A DNA stretch of 46,773 nucleotides. Origin: an uncultured Nitrosomonadales bacterium. Its GTDB lineage: Bacteria > Pseudomonadota > Gammaproteobacteria > Burkholderiales > Gallionellaceae. The notes beneath the pieces were generated by a model. The model saw only the letters and a program-made list of their open reading frames with translations, had not been told where the DNA came from and made no database searches. The DNA lies in assembly GCA_903873725.1 (NCBI GenBank), contig CAIQPV010000417.1, positions 1 through 46,773 of the forward strand. Reading direction: 5' to 3'. Shown piece by piece: positions 9,848-21,392 of the stretch (its first letter is position 1; each line of letters starts with the position of its first letter). The position numbers and the translations under genes were made by a program.

Positions 9848-10338
9848 AGCGGCGGATGGGCATGGTTGAGGCGGCGCAACACCTGCTGCACCGCATCGCC
9901 GCGCATGTTCTGGTAAAGCATGGCTTCCTCCTGCTGCTTGGCGAGGACCTGAGTGTCGTCATAGGAATAATCCCGCCGCAGCGTAATTTCCTGCGGGACA
10001 AGCCACTCCTGCTGCTTGAGGTCATAGGCGCGCAATGAGACGCGGTATTGCAAGCGGTATTCGAGCACACGGCCTGCACCGCTTAGTGAAAGAATCTGCT
10101 TGTCCGTCACTTCGGATACGATCTGCAAGGTCAGTTGTGCCTGCTCGGGCGTATTGGTAATCTGCACATTATTTGCCTGAATGGCGTTTTTCAGTTCATT
10201 GGTAAAAGGCGCATAGTCATTGGGTGACTTCAAATATAACCTCTGGAACGGAAGCGCAAAATCATCTTGCCCACGCAGGTGAAAGCCGCAGGCAGCAAGC
10301 AGTATGGAGAGCATCAGCGCTATCGAACGTCCAGGCAT
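9844..10338 (-). CDS. lptE: LPS-assembly lipoprotein LptE (RlpB)
   Basis: 164 aa. Lipobox LLAACG followed by FHLRG. Position immediately downstream of leuS. Confidence 0.87.
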   Translation of the reverse strand: MPGRSIALMLSILLAACGFHLRGQDDFALPFQRLYLKSPNDYAPFTNELKNAIQANNVQITNTPEQAQLTLQIVSEVTDKQILSLSGAGRVLEYRLQYRVSLRAYDLKQQEWLVPQEITLRRDYSYDDTQVLAKQQEEAMLYQNMRGDAVQQVLRRLNHAHPPL

Positions 10339-10342
10339 TTTG

Positions 10343-12976
<2,634 letters not shown>

Positions 12977-13083
12977 TTATAGCTGTATCATTAACCCTGC
13001 ACACAGTCGCTATAGCTAAAGAATGGCATTCTGCTAGAATTGAAACCTGAAATTTTTTATTACGCCCCCCAGGAGAATTAACT

Positions 13084-13974
13084 ATGTCCCGCAAACATCC
13101 CGTGATTGCTGTCACCGGTTCATCCGGCGCAGGTACTTCCACCGTCAAACAAGCCTTTGAAAATATTTTTCGCCGCGAGGAAATAGCTGCCGCCATAATT
13201 GAAGGCGACAGCCTGCACAGCTTGGATCGCATGGAGTTCCGGGCTGCCGTGGCCGAGGCTGAGAAAGCGGGTAACCATTCATTCAGCCACTTCGGACCGG
13301 AAGCAAACCACTTCGACAAGATCGAGGAAACATTCAAGGTCTATGGCGAAACCGGCACATGCAGACGACGCTACTATGTGCATAGCGCTGAAGAAGCAAC
13401 CTTGCACAACAAACATTTTGGACTGACCGATCTGAAGCCGGGCGTGTTTACCCCATGGGAAGATATCGAAGCGAATTCCGACTTGCTGTTTTACGAAGGT
13501 CTGCACGGGCTTGCAACGGATGGCAACATTGATGCGGCACAGTACGTGGATTTGGGAATCGGGGTGGTACCGGTTGTCAATCTGGAATGGATCCAGAAAA
13601 TTCATCGCGACAACAAGGAACGCGGATATTCAGCCGAGGCAACCGTGGACACCATTTTGCGCCGCATGCCGGATTATGTTAAGTTCATCACTCCGCAATT
13701 CTCTCGCACCAACATCAACTTTCAGCGGGTCGCGACAGTGGACACTTCAAATCCGTTTATTGCACGCGATATCCCCACTCTGGATGAGAGCTTTGTAGTG
13801 ATACGCTTCAGCAAACCCAGGGGCGTGGACTTCCCTTATTATCTCAGCATGATTCCAGACTCGTTCATGTCCCGTGCCAATACACTGGTGGTGCCCGGAG
13901 GCAAAATGAGCTATGCGATGGAAATTATACTGACCCCGATCTTGCACTGCTTGATTGAAAACAAGAAGAAGTAA
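13084..13974 (+). CDS. prk: Phosphoribulokinase
   Basis: 296 aa. MSRKHPVIAVTGSSGAGTSTV P-loop and overall match to bacterial PRK/CbbP. AGGAGA RBS 7 nt upstream. Confidence 0.93.
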   Translation: MSRKHPVIAVTGSSGAGTSTVKQAFENIFRREEIAAAIIEGDSLHSLDRMEFRAAVAEAEKAGNHSFSHFGPEANHFDKIEETFKVYGETGTCRRRYYVHSAEEATLHNKHFGLTDLKPGVFTPWEDIEANSDLLFYEGLHGLATDGNIDAAQYVDLGIGVVPVVNLEWIQKIHRDNKERGYSAEATVDTILRRMPDYVKFITPQFSRTNINFQRVATVDTSNPFIARDIPTLDESFVVIRFSKPRGVDFPYYLSMIPDSFMSRANTLVVPGGKMSYAMEIILTPILHCLIENKKK

Positions 13975-13992
13975 TATTGGTAATTGCAAAGG

Positions 13993-14025
13993 CCGGGAGC
14001 CTGCAGTCCAGGCTCCCCGTTTTCG
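13993..14025. terminator. Probable rho-independent (possibly bidirectional) terminator between convergent prk and DUF1993 genes
   Basis: Stem GGGAGCC (13995-14001) pairs with GGCTCCC (14011-14017) across a 9-nt loop. Followed by cgTTTTc. Confidence 0.5.
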
Positions 14026-14054
14026 CCGGAGCACAGCTACATATTCTTATTCTG

Positions 14055-14564
14055 CTATGAAATCTTGCCAAGAAAATCCTGCTTGCCGATTTCCACCCCG
14101 TTATGTCGCAGTATGCAATATGCGGTAGTGGCATGAAAATAAATATTGGGAAGTACGTAATCCAGCAAGTAGGGCATGCCCTTGAAAGTGAGTGTCCTAT
14201 CCCGCATGGGCAACGTTATGGTTCTATCCTCGGAGCCGTCTATTTGATCAGGTGTGAACGTTTCAAGTAAGGCAATCGTCTTGTCTATACGTGCCACCAG
14301 TTCTGGAAAGGTGGATTCGTTGTCTTCAAACTTTGGCGGCTCCATTCCTGCCAGGCGTGAAACAGCGCCCTTGGCGTTGTCAGTTGCAATCTGAATTTGT
14401 CGAGATAGCGGAAACATATCCGGATAAAGGCGTGCGTTGATCAGAACCGGTGGATCAATCTTTCTGGCCTCGGCGTGTGCGGCTGCCCTCTGAAGAATAG
14501 CCCTCAAATTAGTCAAAGTACGGAGAACGGGTGGAATTGATGCCTGATACATGGAAATTGACAT
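14055..14564 (-). CDS. DUF1993 domain-containing protein
   Basis: An internal ATG at 14564, preceded by AGGAGA, gives a 169-aa protein starting MSISMYQASIPPVLRTL, the typical DUF1993 N-terminus. Confidence 0.8.
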   Translation of the reverse strand: MSISMYQASIPPVLRTLTNLRAILQRAAAHAEARKIDPPVLINARLYPDMFPLSRQIQIATDNAKGAVSRLAGMEPPKFEDNESTFPELVARIDKTIALLETFTPDQIDGSEDRTITLPMRDRTLTFKGMPYLLDYVLPNIYFHATTAYCILRHNGVEIGKQDFLGKIS

Positions 14565-14657
14565 AGTGACTTCTCCTGAAAGTTGGCGCTCTTGATTAAG
14601 CAAGTATAGGATACCATTAAGAGGATCCATGACTGGAGACGCAATGCGGGAAAAATT

Positions 14658-17117
14658 ATGGTGATCAGGTTTCATGCAAAAATTTTCTGCTGTATGTTAT
14701 CCGCGATAGTCGCAGCCAATCTCTTCAGCCCTGCCTTGGCTGCCCCGCAGGAACGCCCGACGGAAAAAGACAAGTTTTATGAATTCAAGGGGAGGGATAT
14801 GAAAGGGATTGGTGCCGGGATCAATTCTGATATCTGGCGTCTTGATCGTTTGTTCGGGACAAGTTCAGGTTGGGACGTGTTGCTCGCGAATAGTGAGGAG
14901 AAAGAACAGAAAGGCTGGCTGGGCATCGCCATGAAACTTCCGGCCCAACTGACGAAAGAATCAGCCACCGGCCGCGCCCTGCAGGCCATCGAGGTGGCCA
15001 GAGTCATGCCGAACTCTGCGGCGGAAGCGTCGGGACTGCATGAAGGTGACTTTATTACCAGTCTTGACGGCGAGCCCATCGAGAACAAGGATGACAAGGC
15101 ACTGCTTGCTTTCCGGGTGGCGCTTTCCAAAAAACATCCCGGCAGGAAAGTGAAACTGAGTGTCCGGCGCGGGGATGCCTTGTTGCAACTGGACGCGACG
15201 ATCAAGCCTTATCCACGGGTCAAGTCGGTTTTAAAACCACACCCCGACCTGGCAAGAAAACTACCCGGGAATGACCAATCATTGCTCAATGAAGTATTGG
15301 AAAAGGAGGGGCTGACGGACGAGTTTGCCCGGCTTCTCAAAGCGTTCCGCAACGAGACCGATAAAGTGGTTAACCCTCTGCTGCGCCAGGACGATTACAA
15401 CGCCTTCCGTTTGCAAGAGGTAAATTACATCATGTACCACCCGATGGATTTGCCCGTGGTGGCGCGCAAAATAACGGACCGCCTGCACGGTGCTTTCGGT
15501 AAGACACATCATGATCTGGCGGCACTTGTGCGGACAGCCATGGATGAACTGGATATGACATACATCCCGTCGGGGCCGCACGACAATAAACCACCCGCCG
15601 ATTTTACCGAATATGTCGAGCGGCTGGTCAAAGCTATCCAGCATGCGAATTCGGAACGCACCGCTGTTTTGTCCGTTCTTGATGCCGCAGAGATCGATTT
15701 TCTGTATTCAACCGCACCGAAACTCCTGGTGGAGGACCTCAACTCTTTGAAGAAGGAAAAAACCGAGGAAGAGAAACGGGAAGATGAAGCCCTCTTGCTC
15801 CGGTTTTTCCAACTTGTGCTGAAGCTGGATCTTCCCCGTTTGATGAACGCAGCGGGGGAAATAGCGCAGGCGCTGGATTTGGAGACTCTTGAAAAACTGG
15901 ACAAGAAAGCCGGCAAACTGGAACGATATCCGGACGGATGGGTCGTGCGGGAAGAAGAAAACCTGACCGTCATTGATACCCCGGCAGGACGGGTATTGAT
16001 CGGCGGAACAAAGGACAACACATACACCGAAGACGCCGCGCTGATTCTTGACTTCGGCGGCAACGACAAATATTTCAACCACGCCGGCGGCAGTACGCGG
16101 CTTAACCCGTTCTCCGTTGTCATCGACTTGTCCGGCGACGATGTTTATTCCACAACAGACGATTTTGCCCAAGGCGCAGGACTGCTCGGCGGAGGATTCC
16201 TGATCGACCTCGAAGGCAATGACCGTTATATGGCGAAGAACCATTCCCAGGGCGCCGGAATTCTTGGCATTGGAATATTGGCTGATTTGGCCGGCAATGA
16301 TCAGTACACCGCGACTGCCGTCTCTCAGGGCGCCGGGAGTTTTGGCATCGGGATGCTGGCCGAAGGCGGAGGTGACGATACCTATTTCGGCAACTTTTTT
16401 GTCCAGGGCGCCGGTTATATCAAGGGATTCGGTGCCATCATCGAGGCTGCGGGCAATGATAATTATTTCGCCGGGGGTATGTACGAAGATTTTCGCGCGC
16501 CCGGTAAATCATATGTATCGATGTCCCAGGGTTTTGGTCTCGGCATGCGCCCGTGGGAATCCCTCGTTGGTGCCTCGGGCGGAATCGGCATCATCGCCGA
16601 AGCCGAAGGAAATGACACCTATGTGGCCGACTATTTTGCGCAGGGATCCAGCTATTGGTTCTCACTGGGCATCCTCGATGACCGCAAGGGCAACGACCGT
16701 TATATTTCAGGGCGCTACTCGCAGGGGGCCGGAATACATATGTCCGCCGGTGTTCTGATCGATGGCGAAGGCGACGACAATTACCTTGCCGATTTCGGCG
16801 TCGCGCAAGGGTGCGGCCACGACTACGGCATCGGGTTTCTGCTTGATAACGGTGGCAACGACCGTTACATCTCCGGAGTTATTGCTCAAGGCGCAGGGAA
16901 CGACAACGGCATCGGGATACTCTCGGACAACGGCGGGGATGACGAATATTATCTGAGAAGTCTCGGTCAGGGCCGGGGTAATTTCGAACCCACGCGTGAC
17001 CTGGGCAGTTTCGGTTTTCTTTTCGATACCGGTGGCACCGATGTTTATTCCCAAGGCGGGAAAAACAACAGCCTCATGTATAAAACCCGGTGGGGTATAC
17101 TCTTGGATACGAATTGA
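14658..17117 (+). CDS. Secreted PDZ-domain protein with C-terminal 'GNDxY' repeat (predicted beta-solenoid) array
   Basis: 819 aa. Signal peptide ...NLFSPALA/AP. PDZ-like segment (IEVARVMPNSAAEASGLHEGDFITSLDGEPI). Helical middle region. Twelve G[ND/DD/TD]xY repeats in the last ~360 aa. Confidence 0.8.
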   Translation: MVIRFHAKIFCCMLSAIVAANLFSPALAAPQERPTEKDKFYEFKGRDMKGIGAGINSDIWRLDRLFGTSSGWDVLLANSEEKEQKGWLGIAMKLPAQLTKESATGRALQAIEVARVMPNSAAEASGLHEGDFITSLDGEPIENKDDKALLAFRVALSKKHPGRKVKLSVRRGDALLQLDATIKPYPRVKSVLKPHPDLARKLPGNDQSLLNEVLEKEGLTDEFARLLKAFRNETDKVVNPLLRQDDYNAFRLQEVNYIMYHPMDLPVVARKITDRLHGAFGKTHHDLAALVRTAMDELDMTYIPSGPHDNKPPADFTEYVERLVKAIQHANSERTAVLSVLDAAEIDFLYSTAPKLLVEDLNSLKKEKTEEEKREDEALLLRFFQLVLKLDLPRLMNAAGEIAQALDLETLEKLDKKAGKLERYPDGWVVREEENLTVIDTPAGRVLIGGTKDNTYTEDAALILDFGGNDKYFNHAGGSTRLNPFSVVIDLSGDDVYSTTDDFAQGAGLLGGGFLIDLEGNDRYMAKNHSQGAGILGIGILADLAGNDQYTATAVSQGAGSFGIGMLAEGGGDDTYFGNFFVQGAGYIKGFGAIIEAAGNDNYFAGGMYEDFRAPGKSYVSMSQGFGLGMRPWESLVGASGGIGIIAEAEGNDTYVADYFAQGSSYWFSLGILDDRKGNDRYISGRYSQGAGIHMSAGVLIDGEGDDNYLADFGVAQGCGHDYGIGFLLDNGGNDRYISGVIAQGAGNDNGIGILSDNGGDDEYYLRSLGQGRGNFEPTRDLGSFGFLFDTGGTDVYSQGGKNNSLMYKTRWGILLDTN
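16041..17114 (+). repeat. Coding array of ~12 degenerate ~26-aa (~78-bp) repeats, consensus GNDxYxaxxxSQGAGxxGiGiLxDxx
   Basis: Counted in the translation: GGNDKY, SGDDVY, EGNDRY, AGNDQY, GGDDTY, AGNDNY, EGNDTY, KGNDRY, EGDDNY, GGNDRY, GGDDEY, GGTDVY. Where consecutive, the measured spacing is 26-27 residues. Confidence 0.7.
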
Positions 17118-17167
17118 TCTTTATACCCGTGTGGCCTCATTTCAAACGTGTCCGGTTTGGGGCAACG

Positions 17168-17677
17168 TCAAAAGTTCACGGTTGCAATGATGGCATCGGT
17201 ATAGACTCCGATGTTCGCATCCTGGTCGGCAGGTATCTGGCCGAATATACTTAGTGTCGTGGTGGCATGCTTGGCCGTCGTCATTACATTGCTGCCACCC
17301 GTCCCGTCGCCCCAGATCACTGTTCGTGCTGCGCTGGTGTAAAGATTGTAGTTCAGCCGGTTTCCGCCGCTCATCATCACTCTTGACGCGTAACTATTGC
17401 TCTGGCCGGCGCTCAGGGTAACGACAAAACTCGGGCCACCGCCGCTTTCGCAAAAGATGGTGATGCTGCCAACACCGTTGTTGTTGGGAAGAGCGGAAAA
17501 AACGTCATAGATACCGAAGCTGACTTGGGTAACGGATGAGAACGAGCAGGAAGTTGCGGCGAACGAAGGCTGTGACAAGACTGCAAACCATACGGCGGTT
17601 GCTCCGAATATCGCGCTGCATAGCGCACCCGGCAGCAGAACCGAACGCTTGCCAAGGCCATTTTTTGGATCCGTCAT
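17168..17677 (-). CDS. Spore coat U (SCPU) domain pilin subunit (distal gene of Csu-type cluster)
   Basis: SCPU hallmarks: Cys pair (TSCSF...ITIFCESGG), NYNLYTSAA...WGDG, and C-terminal YTDAIIATVNF. The ATG at 17677 overlaps the usher stop (ATGA). Confidence 0.8.
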   Translation of the reverse strand: MTDPKNGLGKRSVLLPGALCSAIFGATAVWFAVLSQPSFAATSCSFSSVTQVSFGIYDVFSALPNNNGVGSITIFCESGGGPSFVVTLSAGQSNSYASRVMMSGGNRLNYNLYTSAARTVIWGDGTGGSNVMTTAKHATTTLSIFGQIPADQDANIGVYTDAIIATVNF

Positions 17678-20019
17678 TGTTTGACTCCCCTGCAAACAAA
17701 GATACCGAGGTCCGGCAGGGGATCGGCACTCGCAGTGAAACTGACATCGAATTCACAACTTTGGCTGCTCCAGGTTGCGCGCAACCGGGTGGTCGTACCG
17801 AGACCGACGACATACACTTCACCATCGTATCCAACTGTGTAAACGGTATCATTGCCAACCTCCTGTACCGAAGCGCCAACCGGCATTGGATTGCCATTTT
17901 CAAGATGGATGGTGAGCGTTGCGCCATGTGAATGCCGGATCGGGAATTTCACCTCCACGCCGCTGCGAAAATATGGAACCGCTTCCAGCTTGAGCGTGCT
18001 GATTTCAGCATCCAGAGGCAGATCGCGCTGGTCGATCGAAATCAGGTTTATGTCGTATGCGCGCAGCCGTGGGATCAGTGCGTTGCCGCCCGCATCAGTT
18101 CGGCCCGCCGGCTGATTGTCCGCGAGTATGCGCACGCCGGGATAATCCGGAATGCGGGCCACGGCAAAACTTTGATCAATACTGCGACTCAAAAATAAAT
18201 TGTTGCCGAGCATTGCCATGCCACCCGACACATCCAGACGCGTTGCAGTCGAATCCTGGTTTTGAGCGGCATCTATAGTGTAGGTGCCGATGTTGTTCTG
18301 AAGCGAATAGGATGCTTCTCTGGAACCGTCGGTATCGGCTTGCAACTTGTATCCGTAACCTTCACCGGGCGGCAGGTTGAGTTGCAGTGTAGTGCTGAAA
18401 TCATTGCTATTCCCGGCGCTGCCTGCGCGCGCGGATTGCAAACTGCTGCTCAGGCTTGTCGAAGGCCCCAAAGAGATGCTGAGCATAGCGAAAATCGTTG
18501 TATTTTCGTCTCCTGCATAGGTGCGAAGCGCAGAAAGTGAAAGCGATCCTGTTTTCCCCAGCGAAACGCTATAACTAAAGGTGGCGATACGCGAATTGAC
18601 CTGGTCCCGGTTGTATTGTGTCACATAGGCAATACCGACAGATCCGCTATTGCGCGTGGCGTAGCTGAGGTTGATGCTGCTCAACTGAACCGGTGGCAAC
18701 TGTGGGGCTTGCAGCCCAACCTGGGTGAAGTCGCGGCTTATCCATTGAGTGTGTGCTCCCAGGCTCCATGGCTGTGCCAGCCGGTCGATCCCAAAAAGTA
18801 ACAAGCCTCCATTGCCGGACTTGCTTAGGCTGCCCGCGACGTAAGTGCCGATTGTCCCGAGCTGCGGTATCAGGTAGTCTCCGCCGAGGCCAACCGTTGT
18901 CAGGTTCCGCATCATTTCAGCGTGAAGTTCGCCGGTAAAGTGTTCGTTCAAGCCCCGGCGATATGTGCCCGTGCTGAGCCACTCACTGTAATCATTGCTG
19001 TTTATGCCAAAATTCTCGCGCAAAAAGCCGAACTCGCCGGAGAAATCTTCCAAGCCCGTGCGCAACAGTGTCTGACTGGCGTAGAACGGTCGGGTAATGA
19101 CTTGTTCTCGACCGAACAGATCTCGTACCACGAGCCGAACGTTACCCTCACCGGTAATGACCGGAAGATTGCGGATTGAAAACGACCCGGGTGGCAAGCT
19201 CTGGCTCGACACCAGTGTGTTATTGATAAACACGTCAACAGTTGATGGTAATACCGCCTGGCCGGCTGCGCTTTGCTGCGGAAACGTGTCGAAACCGGGT
19301 TGTGTTCCGAAATTTGTGCCAAATTGTATCCCGCCGAAACGTACCGAACGACCCCATGTGCCGGGTGTGGTAATAGCATCACCCAAGTGCAAAGTTTCCA
19401 TCTTTTCGGGGTAATCAGTCGTCCAGGTAGTATCAAGCCGCGTCACGCTGGAACTGCTGCCTGGATTGTTTGCGTACACACTGCCGGTTCCGACACCAAA
19501 GCGATTGAAATAGCCGAGCTCGAACTGTGCGGAACGCTGGGTCGAATCCTGCGTATGCGCGGCAAAGAAATCGTAGTTGATAAACCCGCCGGAGCCTGGT
19601 TTGACCGGTAATGGCATATTTGTATATTGCGAATCTATCGTTGTCCGGGTAAATGCCTGGGAGCGCACTTCAATCATCAGAGTAAGCGTTTTCGGATCGT
19701 ACACATGCGACACACCCAGGATTGCGCTGAGCGGGAAATAATTATCACCCTGATACACGATTGCGGTGCTTGGGTTCGGTTGGCGCAAACGCCAGCGCTG
19801 CAAGTCCTGGCTCCATAAGTAGAGAACTCCGGCTTTATCTTCGAGCACCAGCACGGTTTGGTTCAATTGCTGCCGATTGATATCGACGAGCATCAACCGT
19901 TCCTGGAATTCCGATATGGATTCTGCCGAAGCCCAAGGATTGAAAATGATCCCGATCAGAAATATAGCCGCGAAGTTACGGCTTGCCCAGCACAAGTTCC
20001 GTATTGACGTTATCAGCAT
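17674..20019 (-). CDS. Fimbrial outer-membrane usher protein (CsuD-like)
   Basis: 781 aa. Signal peptide, size and beta-barrel-type composition of PF00577 ushers. Sits between a PapD-like chaperone and an SCPU subunit. Confidence 0.88.
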   Translation of the reverse strand: MLITSIRNLCWASRNFAAIFLIGIIFNPWASAESISEFQERLMLVDINRQQLNQTVLVLEDKAGVLYLWSQDLQRWRLRQPNPSTAIVYQGDNYFPLSAILGVSHVYDPKTLTLMIEVRSQAFTRTTIDSQYTNMPLPVKPGSGGFINYDFFAAHTQDSTQRSAQFELGYFNRFGVGTGSVYANNPGSSSSVTRLDTTWTTDYPEKMETLHLGDAITTPGTWGRSVRFGGIQFGTNFGTQPGFDTFPQQSAAGQAVLPSTVDVFINNTLVSSQSLPPGSFSIRNLPVITGEGNVRLVVRDLFGREQVITRPFYASQTLLRTGLEDFSGEFGFLRENFGINSNDYSEWLSTGTYRRGLNEHFTGELHAEMMRNLTTVGLGGDYLIPQLGTIGTYVAGSLSKSGNGGLLLFGIDRLAQPWSLGAHTQWISRDFTQVGLQAPQLPPVQLSSINLSYATRNSGSVGIAYVTQYNRDQVNSRIATFSYSVSLGKTGSLSLSALRTYAGDENTTIFAMLSISLGPSTSLSSSLQSARAGSAGNSNDFSTTLQLNLPPGEGYGYKLQADTDGSREASYSLQNNIGTYTIDAAQNQDSTATRLDVSGGMAMLGNNLFLSRSIDQSFAVARIPDYPGVRILADNQPAGRTDAGGNALIPRLRAYDINLISIDQRDLPLDAEISTLKLEAVPYFRSGVEVKFPIRHSHGATLTIHLENGNPMPVGASVQEVGNDTVYTVGYDGEVYVVGLGTTTRLRATWSSQSCEFDVSFTASADPLPDLGIFVCRGVKQ

Positions 20020-20767
20020 CGGTATATGCCTTGAGGCTCAGATGATCGGCAGTTATCTTTTCCGGAGAGCCCGTTTTCAACAGCCACTCGTGCGATTGTC
20101 CTGCCAGTATGTAGCTTGAGGCTGACTCGTCGGCAATCGGCTGGTCGTTCCCCGCAACGTAAAGTGCAAAATCGGAAATCTGAATGTGCGCGGTGCCCTG
20201 ATTTTTTACGCCAACTTTGATCGTATTATTCGGCATCTGTGAAATGTTCCAAACCACTTTCGGCTCGGCTTCGCCCTTTTGCGACTGGACGAATACCGGC
20301 AAAGTAATACGCAATGCGACCTGCACCCCGATGAATCCCGGTGCCGGTTGCGGGGGAAGTTCCTGCATACTTATGCGATAGGTCAGCTCGTTTGTTGTGT
20401 CCGCCTTGCGCCGCAAGGCCACGCGGATGATCTGTTCACTTTGCGGTGCGATAGTAACAATGGGTGGCGAAACGAGCAGATCCCGGGTTGGGGTATAGAT
20501 GTCTTTGCCATTGAGTTGTGACCATTCGACGGCCTGAATTTGAATCGATGTCGGTTGGTTCGAGCCGTTTTTGACAGTGACCGCAGCCGTTTGCTGTTCC
20601 GGAGACAATTCAACGCGAACCGGGTCTATTTCCCAACCCGCCGCCCCTGCAAGCCTTGGAGCAAGTAGCGCAAAAGCGCAGAGAAAAACATAGAGCGACA
20701 TCTTCCGCAGGTGATTTGTTGTAGTCATGTCCATGCCGCATATCGAGTTATTCATAGTAGTCACCAT
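19976..20767 (-). CDS. Pilus assembly chaperone (PapD-like, CsuC-like)
   Basis: Signal peptide ...LLAPRLAGA, then WEIDPVRVELSPEQQTAAVTVKNGSNQPTSIQIQAVEW, typical of periplasmic chaperones. The true start may be M14 (20728) or M23 (20701). Confidence 0.85.
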   Translation of the reverse strand: MVTTMNNSICGMDMTTTNHLRKMSLYVFLCAFALLAPRLAGAAGWEIDPVRVELSPEQQTAAVTVKNGSNQPTSIQIQAVEWSQLNGKDIYTPTRDLLVSPPIVTIAPQSEQIIRVALRRKADTTNELTYRISMQELPPQPAPGFIGVQVALRITLPVFVQSQKGEAEPKVVWNISQMPNNTIKVGVKNQGTAHIQISDFALYVAGNDQPIADESASSYILAGQSHEWLLKTGSPEKITADHLSLKAYTDADNVNTELVLGKP

Positions 20768-20769
20768 TA

Positions 20770-21312
20770 TTAAAAGTTGATCGTTGCGCTAACCGTATCG
20801 GTATACGTATCCGCTGCGACATCCTGTCCGGCGGGGATCGTTCCGCACACGTTGTAAACTCTGGCCACCTTGGTCGGCGCGCTGGTGAGCGTCAACATTC
20901 CGGCTCCGACAGCGGTCCACGCTATAGTGCCGGGGAAAGTACAGGCCGTACTCGGAGCATTGGTAGGAGGCTGGAAAATGTTGTATTGCAGCATGCCTGC
21001 GGCAGTTCCGCCCAACATCTGACGCTGCGAGCCGGCAACGTGGGTGCCGTTATCCATACCTATCGTCAGCCCGGTTGCACCTTTGGAACAAGCGACGCTG
21101 ATCGAGCCGGTAGTGTTCAATGCCGCAGTTGCGTTAATGTTCACGGGATCATAGGTGGCAAATGCAAGGGCTGATGAAGTACTGATCGAACAGTTTTGTG
21201 AAACGGATGCCGATACCGGGACAGATGTGCTGGCAGATGCTGCAAGAACGACATCGGACGCAGCCAGCAACATGACGGCAACCGACAATTTCAAAGCGGG
21301 TTTCTTCAACAT
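20770..21312 (-). CDS. SCPU-domain major pilin subunit (CsuA/B-like)
   Basis: The ATG at 21312 has an AAGGAG RBS 7 nt upstream. Signal peptide MLKKPALKLSVAVMLLAASDVVLA. SCPU Cys pair and C-terminal YTDTVSATINF. Confidence 0.85.
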   Translation of the reverse strand: MLKKPALKLSVAVMLLAASDVVLAASASTSVPVSASVSQNCSISTSSALAFATYDPVNINATAALNTTGSISVACSKGATGLTIGMDNGTHVAGSQRQMLGGTAAGMLQYNIFQPPTNAPSTACTFPGTIAWTAVGAGMLTLTSAPTKVARVYNVCGTIPAGQDVAADTYTDTVSATINF

Positions 21313-21392
21313 GTTATTACTCCTTGTTAACAATTTTGCTGATCATGGACATCTTCCGCTGCTTTGTATGTTCGTTGGCGTACATAAGCTGC

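Noticed and set aside
15509-16123. 204-aa minus-strand ORF (also 15708-16244 and 14777-15205)
   Set aside because: These are antisense to the PDZ/solenoid gene, Ser/Arg-rich and without motifs.
16041-17114. Interpretation of the GNDxY array as RTX (haemolysin-type Ca-binding) repeats, with a possible T1SS substrate
   Set aside because: The period is about 26 aa, not 9, and the GGxGxDxUx consensus is absent. The protein has an N-terminal Sec signal, and there are no T1SS genes nearby.
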